This document shows, piece by piece, positions 12,959 to 24,967 of a stretch of DNA of 64,000 nucleotides. Each line of letters begins with the position of its first letter. The first letter of the stretch is position 1. Where the stretch lies: positions 60,512,001-60,576,000 of the forward strand of contig NC_043000.1 in NCBI RefSeq assembly GCF_006345805.1, given 5' to 3'. This DNA comes from Octopus sinensis. Lineage: Eukaryota. The notes beneath the pieces are model-generated. The model was not told where the DNA came from. It ran no database searches and saw nothing but the letters and a program-made list of their open reading frames with translations. A program made the position numbers and the translations under genes.

Positions 12959-13895
12959 CATCATTTAATGTCCGTTTTCCATGCTGGCATAGGTTGATTG
13001 TTTTGACAGGAGCTTGTAAGGCTGGGGCTTACACCAGGCTCCATTGTCTGTTTTGGTATGGTTTCTATCACAGGATGCACTTCTTAGAGCAACCACTCTA
13101 CAGAGTGTCTTGGGTGCTTTTTACATGGTACCAGCACCAGTGCTTTTTATATGGCTCTAGCACTGACAGAGTAACTGAGTAACTTGCAAGACAAAAACCC
13201 CACCTCGGCTAGGAAGAAGGAGTAGTAGTGAGGTGGGATGGGTGTGGTTTTGTGCCAGCTCATGAGAGATTAGAAGATAAGACTAGGGTAGATGTCCTGC
13301 TGTAAAGTACATGAATACTCCAGTTGAACAAGGAAAGGAGGGTGGGTTAGAGAATAAGATAAAGAGAGAAATAGTGAGAGAGATGGTGGTGAAGATGTGT
13401 TGGTACATACCATTGAGTGACATAGTGGGTGGTGAGATAGAAAGGTTTAGACTGGGTGGGTAAGCATAGTAGAGGTGAATGATGGAGTGAAATATAGGAA
13501 ATGCTCAGGGGCAGAAGTTGGGGTAGGCTTGTAAAAACACTGAGGGTGATAGCCAATAAGTGAGGTGTTAATGATGGAGAACACCAAGGGAGAGAAGGCA
13601 CAAAAATGGCAGTGCTTGGTGGAGACATTAGGCAAGGGAAGATAATGGGAAATGGTTTGAGGTGGGGAAGGAGGTAACTGTGAAACAAATGATAGAAAAG
13701 TAATGGATGTTCAAGGATAAAGGTGGAGGGAGAATGATTGACAAGGCAGGTAATATGCAGGTGAGCATTGGACAAGTGTTAACCAAGGTGGTTTAGGATA
13801 CCAATTCTGCAATGGTGGACAGGATTTCTTGAATACAGCAAGGTACTACATATCTGAGTCCTTTGTCATCTCCTTTGTAAGGCCCAGGGTCTTGA
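12957..13895 (-). mobile_element. RTE LINE 3' end with long purine/pyrimidine-skewed 3'UTR
   Basis: Reverse complement of the ORF end near 13860-13895 and of the conserved tail at 12957-13190; same layout at 34063-34740 and 43760-44470. Confidence 0.65.
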
Positions 13896-14279
13896 GATGA
13901 CCTTCAGTACTTGGTCCCACATCTTCCTAAGTCTCCTTCTTCCACAAGTTCCATTCACTTTAAGAGATTGGCACTTCTTTATATATCTGTCCTTAACCAT
14001 AAGCATTGCACAACCAAACCAGTACAGTCTTCTCTCCTGCATACAGCATCTAATTCCTCTTATACTAGCTTCATTCCTCTCTAGTCTTCACACGTCTTCT
14101 GTGTACAGGACCCATGTGTGTGCCAGAAACTTTTGCAAAATTTTGATTGAGAAATTGTTTGGGTCAAGATGCACCTAGCTCTGGCTGACCAACTGAGATT
14201 AACAGTGATAAAATGAAAGAGTTAGTTGACACTAACCCCTACTCCCACTAAAGACCAGAACAAATGCAAATATTCTCTA

Positions 14280-14997
14280 GATATCTAAAATTAGTGTTGA
14301 AAACCATCTGCATCGATTTGGTTATGTCAGCAGGCTTGATGTTTGAGTCCCACATCAAACGAATGATTCTAACCTTGCCCAACAGATTTTCCTCTGCTAT
14401 TCATTGCAGAAGCTTGAAGAAAATGATCTCTTTTTCAAGAGAATAGTGACAGGGGACAAAAACTAGATCATCTATAACAATATGAAGCACAAACAATCGT
14501 GAGGGAAGTGCAATGAGCTACCACAAACAACTTCTCAAGCAGGACTTCACTTGAAGAAGATTATGCTTTCAATTTGGTAGGATTGGAAGGGTGTTGTCTT
14601 TTATGACCTTCATCCCTCAGATAGAACCATCAATTCAGATGTGTATGGGGACCAACTGTACAAATTAAATGGAACAATCCACCAGAAGCATCCAGAACTT
14701 GCTAATCGTGACAATGCCAGATTGCATACTTCTCTGCATATGTGGCAAAAGTTACTGGAGTTTAGCTGGGCAATTTTGTTGCACTCTCCATATTTGCCCA
14801 ACCTTGCACCTTCATATTTCCACCTGTTCAAGATTCAATGAACGGACAGACCTTCAACTCTGAAGACGATGGTAAAAATTCATCTGGAAGTATTTTTCAC
14901 CAGTAAAGACAGGAAATTCATTGAGCAGGGAATAATGGATCTGTCTTCAAGATGGCAGAAGATACAGGGATGAAACAGTAATTGTATCATTGATTGA
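14280..14997 (+). mobile_element. Decayed mariner transposase
   Basis: FKRIVTGDK, IMLSIW*DWKGVVF, DNARLH, LHSPYLPNLAPSYFHLF motifs. Confidence 0.85.
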
Positions 14998-15699
14998 ATA
15001 GCCAACTCAATATATGCATACATATGTATGTGTGTATGTATGTGAGGTGGTGAGGTGACCCCCTTTGGTCAGACACTGACCATGGGTCTGCACCTAGAGA
15101 GCTACCCTCTGAGGCATAAGTCTGGGCAAGGTTGTTTTATGGAAGACCAGCAGTCGCCCATGCATACCGGCCTCCCCTCTCCACGTCACCGATGTTATCC
15201 AAGGGAAAGGCAAGGGCTGATACAGCTTGGCACCTGTGACGTCGCAACTCATTTCTACAGCTGAGTGAACTGGAGCAGCGTGAAATAAAGTGTCTTGCTC
15301 AAGAACACAACATGCAGCCCGGTCCGGGATTCGAGCTCACAACCTCACGATCGTAAGCTCGACGCTCTAACCACTGTATGTATGTATATATATATATAAA
15401 TATATATCATATATATATATATCATTTAATGCACCCTATAAGAATTACTAATAATCTCATGCTATGGTAACATGATAATCTGGGCTGATTTGTATATGCC
15501 TTATGTCTCCAAGCAATCTTCTGGGCTCAGAGCATATGGTTAATCCTATTTCAAAATCAGGATGCTTGTCTATGAGAAAACGCGGGGGAGGGGGGACATA
15601 GTTATGTCAAGTGTGGAAAGATAAGAGAGGGAAAGGAGAAAGATGTGTGAGTGCATGTATGTATATCCATCTATACATACATACATAAAATTTTGCACA

Positions 15700-16075
15700 G
15701 TCAATTTTTGATGTGGCAGATGCTCGGGAGCAATAAACACTGAAAATGTGCAGAGAACAACTTCTGCCACATTCCAGGGAGAAAAACTAGAAGTAGTTGA
15801 TAGATTCTGTTACCTAGGTGACCAAGTCAGTAGCGAGGGTGGGTGTACTGAAAGTGTTGCTGCTAGAATAAGAATAGTCTGGGCAAAGTCCAGAGAGCTT
15901 TTACCTCTGCAGGTGACAAAGGGCCTCTTGCTCAGAGTAAAAGGTAGACTGTATGATACGTGTACAAACAGCCATGCTACATGGCAGTGAAACATGGGCA
16001 AGCTTGCAAGGAATGAAGCCAGTATGCTCTGCAGGATGTGTAATGTCAGTGTGCATACTCGACAGAGTGTAAGTC
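15700..16075 (+). mobile_element. RTE LINE internal fragment
   Basis: FQGEKLEVVDRFCYLGDQVSSEGG...RVKGRLYD; collinear with 29480-29840. Confidence 0.85.
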
Positions 16076-16776
16076 CCTCCCAAAGCACAGGTCAGCCCAG
16101 GGTTATAGTGGAGTACATTTGTCCAAGGTGCCTTGCAGTGGGGTTGAACTTGAAACCACATAGTTGTGAAGCAAACTTAACTACACAGCCAAATCTGCTC
16201 ATTAACTTTCCTGCATTACATAGGAATTTATAGCTTATACAATATTTTATTGTGTATCATTGTATCTTTCGTGGGGTGTCATTAGGGGTATTCCACAATC
16301 TTTGATTCAGACTGTGTTGCAGTTCAATCTGAAATATTGTAAAAAGGCTTGCTTCAAACAAAGTCTTCTTTTTGACGTATAAACAATTACACTGTGTTGT
16401 CTTTTAGCACATAATGTTGTTTCCTTTGCTTACACTAGACTTAGGGGTGTATGGTTTCACTTCTCAACCATTTTCGCTGATTTGTGTTCTTTTTGGATAA
16501 GAGTGAAATAAATGGAACAAATAGAAGAGTTTTGTTCCTTTTGTGAAACTGAGTACAGAGAAATTCTTAAAAATGTGTCAACAGAATAGTAGATTTTGAA
16601 TATGAAGTGGGCATATCATATATAAGCAGATAATGAAGCTGTATGGGGATAAAACAAGTTTAAAAGTACTCAGAATTCCTCGAATCACACCTTTTAGGGT
16701 GATATGGGGAACATATCTTAAAAGTGGAATACATATTGGGTGTGGTCCTAGATGCACACCGCCTAAGACAAAATGG

Positions 16777-17501
16777 GGATCTTTTCGGTTTGAAAGGCAG
16801 TTTTTAACATAATTTCTAGGTAACTAAAAAATTTAAAACTTTGTATACTGGTAGAATGTGTTTATAAAACATCATTTTCTCTTGGCTTTCCTGAGAAAAT
16901 TCTGTAATTTGTAACATATTTTGTCTTTAATTTCTTGTATTTCGGCAATTTCAACCAATCACTGGCGTTTATTGAGTTAAAAAGCATTCTGTATAAGAAA
17001 CACATTGGGTTTATTTAGATTTGTGAAGAAAAAAAGATACCCTTCCCCCACCCCTAACCAACCCTAAATCTAAAATATACTGAAATGCAATAGATCGATT
17101 CTAGGGTCATAATTATGAGTGACAATTTCATATGACACCCATAATTATGACCCTAGAATCGATCTATTGCATTTCACTATATTTTAGATTTAGGGTTGGT
17201 TAGGGGTGGGGGAAGGGTATCTTTTTTCTTCACAAATCTAAATAAACCCAATGTGTTTCTTATACGAGGGACATATTCATACGGCACAGAATGCTTTTTA
17301 ACTCAGTAGACGCCAGTGATTGGTTGAAATTGCCGAAATGCAAGAAATTAAAGACGAAATATGTTACAAACTACAGAATTTTCTCAGGAAAGGCAAGAGA
17401 AAATGATGTTTTATAAACACATTCTACCAGTATACGAAGTTTAAAATGTTTTAGTTACCTAGAAATTATGTTAAAAACTGCAGTTCAAACCGAAAAGATC
17501 C
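16777..17501. mobile_element. Fully palindromic (fold-back) GGATC-ended MITE
   Basis: Two inverted copies of the left approx. 350 bp of the 7874 element meeting at approx. 17122-17135; TSD CAAAATGG/CAAAAGGG. Confidence 0.88.
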
Positions 17502-17876
17502 CAAAAGGGTAACAAGTGGAGTATCTTTGATCTTAAGTTAGAGTTGACGTGAGCTTAAACAAGAAAAAAAAAAGTTATAACATCCGACATACAAACAGTT
17601 CATACGGTGGAACGGACGACATGCCGCTAGCAAAAAGTTTGACTTTCCAAAGGATTCTGCCTGATGTGTTAAACTTTTCTTCATCACCGTTCAAATCATA
17701 TTCCACTGTTTGAACTATTTGTATTACTTTATACCAATGTAGACTTCGGACTTTAGCTGTCTAGCGATATAGCGATTAAGTTACGCTTACACGAATATAA
17801 CCGTAAACTTAGGATTTATATTACGGAGATGTACTCGCATAGCAAGTGATTTGATCTGAGATCGTGTGCTGGAACG

Positions 17877-18135
17877 AAAACAATTGCAGCGTGGAAGGTG
17901 TTTGTAAGCCATTTAAGAAACACACAAAAGCCGTTCGATTCACTTCAACATTTAAGTTTAATTTGTCAAAATATTTTCGTCGCTAAAATCCGTGCGGATA
18001 TTTGTCAGTGAACAGGTCGCGGATTTTAGCGACGAAAATATTTTGACAAATTAAACTTAAATGTTGGAGTGAATCGAACGGCTTTTGAGTGTTTCTTAAA
18101 TGGCTTACAAACACCTTCCACGCTGCAATTGTTTT
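17877..18135. repeat. 116-bp inverted repeat with 27-nt spacer
   Basis: 17877-17992 versus 18020-18135, 2 mismatches seen. Confidence 0.92.
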
Positions 18136-20285
18136 GTTTGGATTTATAGGAATGTAGAAATACAAATGTATTGCCCCAGGCACGTTTTAACTGCCGGAAA
18201 ATATTTCACACATTCAAGTAGATATTAGTTGTTTTGACAAAGCACGAACTCTTGAACGAAAATGGAAACTGTTCATATAGTAGAGTATGCACTTTACAAA
18301 GGAAAAGGCACTTTTGACTTACGCGAAATTAAACGACTGCAACCCGAAATCGGAAGCAGTTATGGAATTTGGCTTCCAGACAGCTTCTCCACAAACGTAT
18401 TCTTCTTCAGTTCAGCTCCCATTTAAAATTATAGTTTGTCTTAATACAGTTGATGAGATTATGGATGATTATAAAGTTAATCTAGAATACAATTTGAAGC
18501 TAAAAACCTACTTTGATATTCATATCTGCGCACATTTAAGTATACTTACAAGAGGCCTATTTCTGCAAATAGAACAGAATGAAAACATAGACAGGTGTCT
18601 TTCTAAAGAGTCTAATGTTGATATTATGGCATGTACTAGGATAATGCATAAAATATTGCGGTTAATATATAGATCCGCGCCCGGGTGATATTTTCTTGAC
18701 CACGATGTAAATTAATCGCTAGAAAGAAGCAGGAGGTCGAAATGTAAAATGAGGGCATAATTGAGAACAATCACTCCATGTCCAAACGAGATAGACTGCA
18801 CGGAGCCTGTGTGAGCGCGCGCCTAGATGGGTGTGTTTACCTATAATTTTAGTTAGCAATTCCACTTAGTAATTTCCACAAATGTTGGTGAGTGATGTGA
18901 GCTAAGCAATTAAAAAAATTGACAGTTTGCGTGAGTTTCCTCTGGTGGCTGATATAAAACATATCTTTCCACTCTGCGAAAACTACTGAGTTCTATATCA
19001 GATGTTTGTACAATGCATAATATGTAGCGTATATTTTACAATTTTTTTTTTACATTATGATGTATAAAGAAGGGCCAAAATTAGCAAACGGGGTAAAATG
19101 AGTAATTTCTGATTCCTTGTCATTTTCTCTCTACCTGTTTGAAATCATTACATTGTAAGTATTGTGCCATCATTTCATACTGTTGCATCGCCTTTAGGAG
19201 TAAAAATAAGTCATCATTGCTGTTCTTGTAGAAGTTGAGAGAGTTTGGAACATTGTCAGGTGACAGGTACTTTTTTTTCCAAGAACTTATCTCTCAACTT
19301 TGATCCGATTGTGATTGCGGTTGTTAAAATATGTGGATAATGTTTGATGTTTACAATCAATATTCTTTTCTCTGTTGGATACGAAGTCAATTTTTCCCTA
19401 CACTAACGTTTAATTTGATAATTTTCGAAAAAAAGTCTAAAATGGGGTAAAACGAGTAATAACTAATTTCAGTTAATTTCTTCTCTTCAACTGCATGGTG
19501 CGTAAAAATATACTGGGAAGAAAGCCACCCCCAGCAGATCAAGAAGAAGCCAAAGAGAATATTTATGTTGAGTTTTTTTACTTAGTTGTGGTTTGTTAAT
19601 TTCTTATCGTGCCATTTTTCTGTGAAACTCTTTCAATTGATCTATATATTTAAAATTTTTGTTGCTTTTCTGATGTCCAAGGATGGATATTGATGTGTAT
19701 GACTATTTTCAAATGTAATTCGGGAGAATCGAAAAGGCAAATTTATTTATCTTGTCTTAGTCATTTTACCTGAGCTGAAGTCATCTTTTATATGCTCAAA
19801 GAGAACGGAAATAATTTTCTGAAATGGTGTTTTGAATAAGTTACAGTGGTTGTTAATTCATTTTGAGAGGATCATTTACTTAGCTGACATAATTTTTATA
19901 AAGTAGTGAACATTTGTAAAAATTATTTTTTCCTCTAAGTCAAAAATGCAGTGAAAACTCCTCATTGTGCTCCCCACCGCATACTCTCCACAGACACACG
20001 CACGCAAAGGCGTGTGCGTGTGTAAAGCAAACATCAGAGATGTTTTGCCCGACACAAGAAACTGGAGAAGCAACGTTAAGATATTACAAATTTTTCACCT
20101 GATGGTAACTAAAACTACAGTAATGTTGAGAGCCTTTCTGTATTTTCATTAGGTATGTCTTCCCAGTGTACCAAATGTCTTGGCCCATAGCTCGTAAGGT
20201 CCGCTTCAGTAAGAGGAGAGAGACTGAATTAGCCTTCACCTACAGAGGGTTTCCATCTGTGATATCTTGTCAAACATTCTAGTAC

Positions 20286-20329
<44 letters not shown>

Positions 20330-22278
20330 CATTAACCATATATATATAAAGAGACAAGGGGAGGGGGGAGTACGTTAACAAACATGTATATGACAGGGTA
20401 AAGAAAGACAAACTAATATAAATACTATTCACGTATTTATATCAGTCTATTGACTCGATCTCGTCACAATACGTGTACTTAAGCCAGGCGGATAAAAGCG
20501 AATTTTCGATCCAATAGGATTTCAACAAGGTAGGAATCTGATACAGTATAGCATTACAGTCCGGTCAACATCAAGTCTCCGACATTTACAAACAATACGA
20601 AGAAAATAAAGAGATATTGATGATTAATAAAGTACTATTTTCTTACCGTCAACTAGTTTTCGATTTCTTCTCTTATATGAATCCCACAATTAACTGAAGA
20701 CTAAACATTAATGAGTGAAGAGTCAAGGAATGTTTCCGTAATCCTGATTAAGATCATTCTTTTTACTCTCTTTATTTCTTTTATGCGCTGAAGATTTTTA
20801 CTCAGGAGAAGATAATTCTCAGATATTTATATTTTTGTTTACATTATCATTCTTCTGGCTGTGGTTGGTTCGCTTCATATCACATGTGGACGTGGTTTAT
20901 ACAAAACAACATATACACACAACGAGACAACTTCGGAAGTAGTACGTTGTTGTTCGAATTGTTAGAAATAGCAGCTAAATATCTCAACGCGGACTACTTT
21001 CTTAAAAAGGAAAACCGCGTTGAAGAATGAAGTCCTAGCAAAAAAAAGCTGAGTCAAGATTAGTGTGCCTATGATCATAGTCTGGTTGATAAGGGTTGAT
21101 TTAAGAATTAACAATAAAATACGCACGTACTCATATAGTGCTTCTATCCATCCATCCATCCATACTTAAAGGCAATTCCGATAATGCATATGTGGTAACA
21201 AGCAAATGAACTTCTTTGGTTTGCTGCTGTTTCTGCTATAAGATGCAGCGGACTCATAGTTGTGTGCCTCGTCAGAGCCTCGAATCAGAAGTGCATAAAT
21301 GTAATTCGGCGGACGTCTGGAATAGGTTACCCACATAAAGTGGAATTTCTCCGTTTTGACGGGAATTTTTCAGACATTTTTTTTCACAGTGCCCGTGAAA
21401 AATGGTCTCCTTTACCCATCCTCCACCCCACCCATCTCTCCAAACTGATTTTGGGCGATTTAGTGGTCATTGCACATGATGATTTGGTGGGGTACTACGC
21501 ACTTAAAAACCATAGAAGAAACCTTTTTGGTAGGAACGAAAAAAGTAAATATTTTCTGACGAAAAGGTGTGATTAAAGGGAGATTTGGTTGTTGTTTCTA
21601 GCATTCCCATGATCACCTTCCCTGTTTCTTTCTCACTCTGACAAGTATTAATGTTTTTCAATATTTTCTCCCCATTTATAGCATTGCTTTTGAAAATTTA
21701 TGATTTTTATCAACCCTAAACCTTACTGGTCATGAGATATGCTGGAAACAATAGCCAAATCTCCCTTAAATAACATACCTTTTTGTCTGAAAATATTTAC
21801 TTTCTTGTTTTGCTGATAATGCTTCTCCTATAGTTTTTAAATGCATAGTGTCCAAAGAAATCATTCTATGTAGTTCCCACCAAATCAACCAAAATTGGTC
21901 AAGAGAGAGGAAGATGGGGGAGGGGTGGGGTAAAAAAAATTTCGAAAAGTTTTTTTACGTTAAAAAGATGCTTCAGATCATTTCCATGGGCACCATGAAA
22001 AAAATTATCTGAAAAATCCCTGTCAAAATTGATAAATTCCAACTTAAGTGAGCGACCTATTCCAGACATTTGCCTATAATTCTTTGGGCCTAATGCAGTT
22101 TTGCACCTCTCCTTGGAAAATGCCACCACCACTTCCCATCCCATTTAAAATTTTGAACATTTTTGAAATTTTTTTTCCCTATGTTGTAGATGACGGAGAT
22201 TCCAGATATGCAAGAAACTACATTTTGAAACTTTCAAACTCAATAAGCATATAGATAGGTGTATAAAGAGATAGATAG

Positions 22279-23040
22279 ACATGTGTAGGCTTGAAAGAAA
22301 TGAAGCTAGCATGATCCGTTGGATGTGTAATGTCAGTGTGCACACACGACAGAGTGTAAGTGCCCTGAGAGAAATGCTGGACATAAGAAGCATTGGATGT
22401 GGCGTGCAAGAGAGACGTCTACGCTGGTATGGTCGTGTACAATGGATGGATGAGGAGAGATGTGTGAAGAAGTGCCACTCCCAAACAGTTGAAGGAATCC
22501 GGGGTAGAGGTAGACCCAGGAAGACATGGGATGTGGTGGTCAAGCATGACCTTCGAACGTTGGGTCTCACAGAGGCAATGATGAAAGACCGAGACCTCTG
22601 GAGATATGCTGTGACTGCGAAGACCCGACAAATAATGTGAGTTCATGGCTGTTTCCTGCACCAGCTTCACATAGAAGTCCCAGCCCATCCAAAGTACCTT
22701 AGATCGCAGGACGGCCTGCTGTGCTTACCTTGGATCGTAGGGCTGTGTTTGAGGAGACCTATTGAGTCAAGTACATCAACATCAAAAAATCAAATGGAAA
22801 TTGTAGTTGTGATACCTGTTCTGGTGGTATGTAAAGAGCACCAACCAGTCGTGGCCGCTGCCAGCCTCCCCTGGCATGTAAAAGGGAAAAAAAATACACT
22901 CATGGAGTGGCTGGCGTTAGAAAGGGCATCCAGCTGTAGAAACACTACCAGATCAGATTGGAGCCTGGTGCAGCCTCCTGGCTTCCCAAACCCTGGTCGA
23001 ACTGTCCAACCTATGCCAGCATGGAAAATGGACGTAATCT
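22279..23040 (+). mobile_element. RTE LINE 3' fragment
   Basis: ORF 22281-22640 RNEASMIRWMC...RRLRWYG...GRPRKTW...DLRTLGL, followed by the conserved 3'UTR. Confidence 0.88.
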
Positions 23041-23273
23041 CCAACATCTAAAACGTAGGAATCTGAAAAAATTTTTCAAAAAAATGCATTTTTTATGGAG
23101 AGGTGCGAAACTGCATTAGCTCCAATTCTTTCTCCAAATAAACTGCATTTCATATTCAAGACTCTGATGAAGCTATAAGCACTCAACTATGAGTCGACTG
23201 CATCTTATCACAGAAACATTTATAAGCTAATGAAGTTCATAAGATAATCGTTTATTTCTTTGTCATCTTATAT

Positions 23274-23313
<40 letters not shown>

Positions 23314-24795
23314 ATGTGTGTGTGTACATACACATAGACTGAAAATGGGTACTTTGAAGAAAATGGAGCTGGGGTGAAACTACACATACACACACATAAC
23401 AAAAACAGAAGGAAATGATAAGTCCTCACACTCCTTTTATGGCCAATGGCATATTTGAATTAAATGATGCAGGGTCCAGCTGGGATTAAAAATTGGATCG
23501 AATCTATATATAACTAAATAACAGCAGGTATGAATTGATATATATATATATATCTTATCTTATATCGTATATATATATAAAAGAGAGTTTGTATGTGTAT
23601 GCATTCCAAAACTGAGTTGCTGATTTTGACATATGGAGTACCAAAAAACTTTGTAGGCTTTTGGCTACCAACTAAGCTATATTTTCATTCGGATATTTGC
23701 ATTACAAAAATTTAGCATTGTCAGTTTTCCTTTAGTCACCTATAGTAAATGACATTTTATATCACCACCACAATGACAATGACGTCACATTTTCTATTAG
23801 GCTTCAGGTGTGCATCAATGTATGTGTGCGTGCGTGTGTGTTTTAGTTTATGTATGTAACTTTCTCCCGCCCAACAGTCAAATGCGCCGATATTGAAAGT
23901 TCAGTTGCAGCCTGACTTTAAACGAACAACAGCATTCACTTTGAAGTACTACCAACATGAAGATTTGGCTGATTTAACACCACTCACAATATTTGCAAAT
24001 ATATCTGAAAAAATGTTATTCTGGTTATTATAACAAATTCAGAAACTTGACAAAGTAGAAAGCCTCAGTGGCTCTTTCAATATAATTACGCCGCCTTGGC
24101 TGGCTTCCGTGCCGGTGGCATGTTAAAAGCTCCAACTGATTGTGGCCGATGCCGGACCCCCCTGGCACCTGTGCAGGTGGCACGTAAAAAGCACCTACTA
24201 CACTCGCGGAGTGGTTGGCGTTAGGAAGGGCATCCAGCTGTAGAAACTCTGCCAGATCAGACTGGAGCCTGGTGCAGCCCCTGGCTTCCCAGACCCCGGT
24301 CGAACCGTCCAACCTGTGCTAGCACGGAAAACGGACGTTAAACGATGATGGTGAAATGTTATTGCACTCTTTCTAACTAGTTTCAAGATAACTTTTTAAC
24401 AGTCCTCCCAAGTTTCTTCATCACTGTGAGTATCAACATCGCACAACCTTTTTACTGCGTTAGTCAGTGTTTATTCTACAGCCTTTAACATTATACAGTT
24501 AAAAAATATGTAGTAATGTCAAATTAATTCATATCTTCCCACATACATCATTCAGCAAATATTTTAAATCAACATCACAACAAAAGCATCTTCCTTTCTA
24601 TACACTTGGTTCAGTGTTCATTTCAAAATTGTAAAATAAATTATGTTCGTATGAAAAATTGAATTATGCCTTCTGAATTTTCTTGGACTTTCACTTTCTT
24701 CACCATGATATTCAATTGTAAATTTTATAACATTTAGTACATGTTCCAAATAAATGTTAACTTTCTGTTACATTGGTGATGCACAGTAATTTTTA

Positions 24796-24967
24796 CTAAA
24801 TTGGTGACTTTCCATTTTTTATAGCATAACTATGCCACAAAGAGAAATTGTATTTTGCACCTATATTGACTACATTTAGTAGCTTTTGCTAAATTGGTGA
24901 CTTACCATTTTTTTATAGCATAATTATGCTACAGAAAGTATGTTTTGCACCTATATTGACTACATTT
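24796..24967. repeat. Tandem duplication, period 93 bp
   Basis: CTAAATTGGTGACTT..GCACCTATATTGACTACATTT occurs at 24796 and 24889. Confidence 0.85.

Noticed and set aside
13347-13775. 142-aa minus-strand ORF rich in L/S/H/P
   Set aside because: Artefact of pyrimidine skew in a LINE 3'UTR.
15310-15377. tRNA-like sequence (possibly Arg-derived)
   Set aside because: It is the head of SINE family C, lacks an acceptor stem and continues into SINE body; not a tRNA gene.
18287-18688. 133-aa plus-strand ORF
   Set aside because: No recognisable motif or family; no supporting gene structure.
19876-20073. SGKTSLMF resembling a Walker A motif (SWSAP1-like)
   Set aside because: Followed by a CA/TG-rich hairpin tract and an early stop; no Walker B or phase-compatible neighbouring exon.
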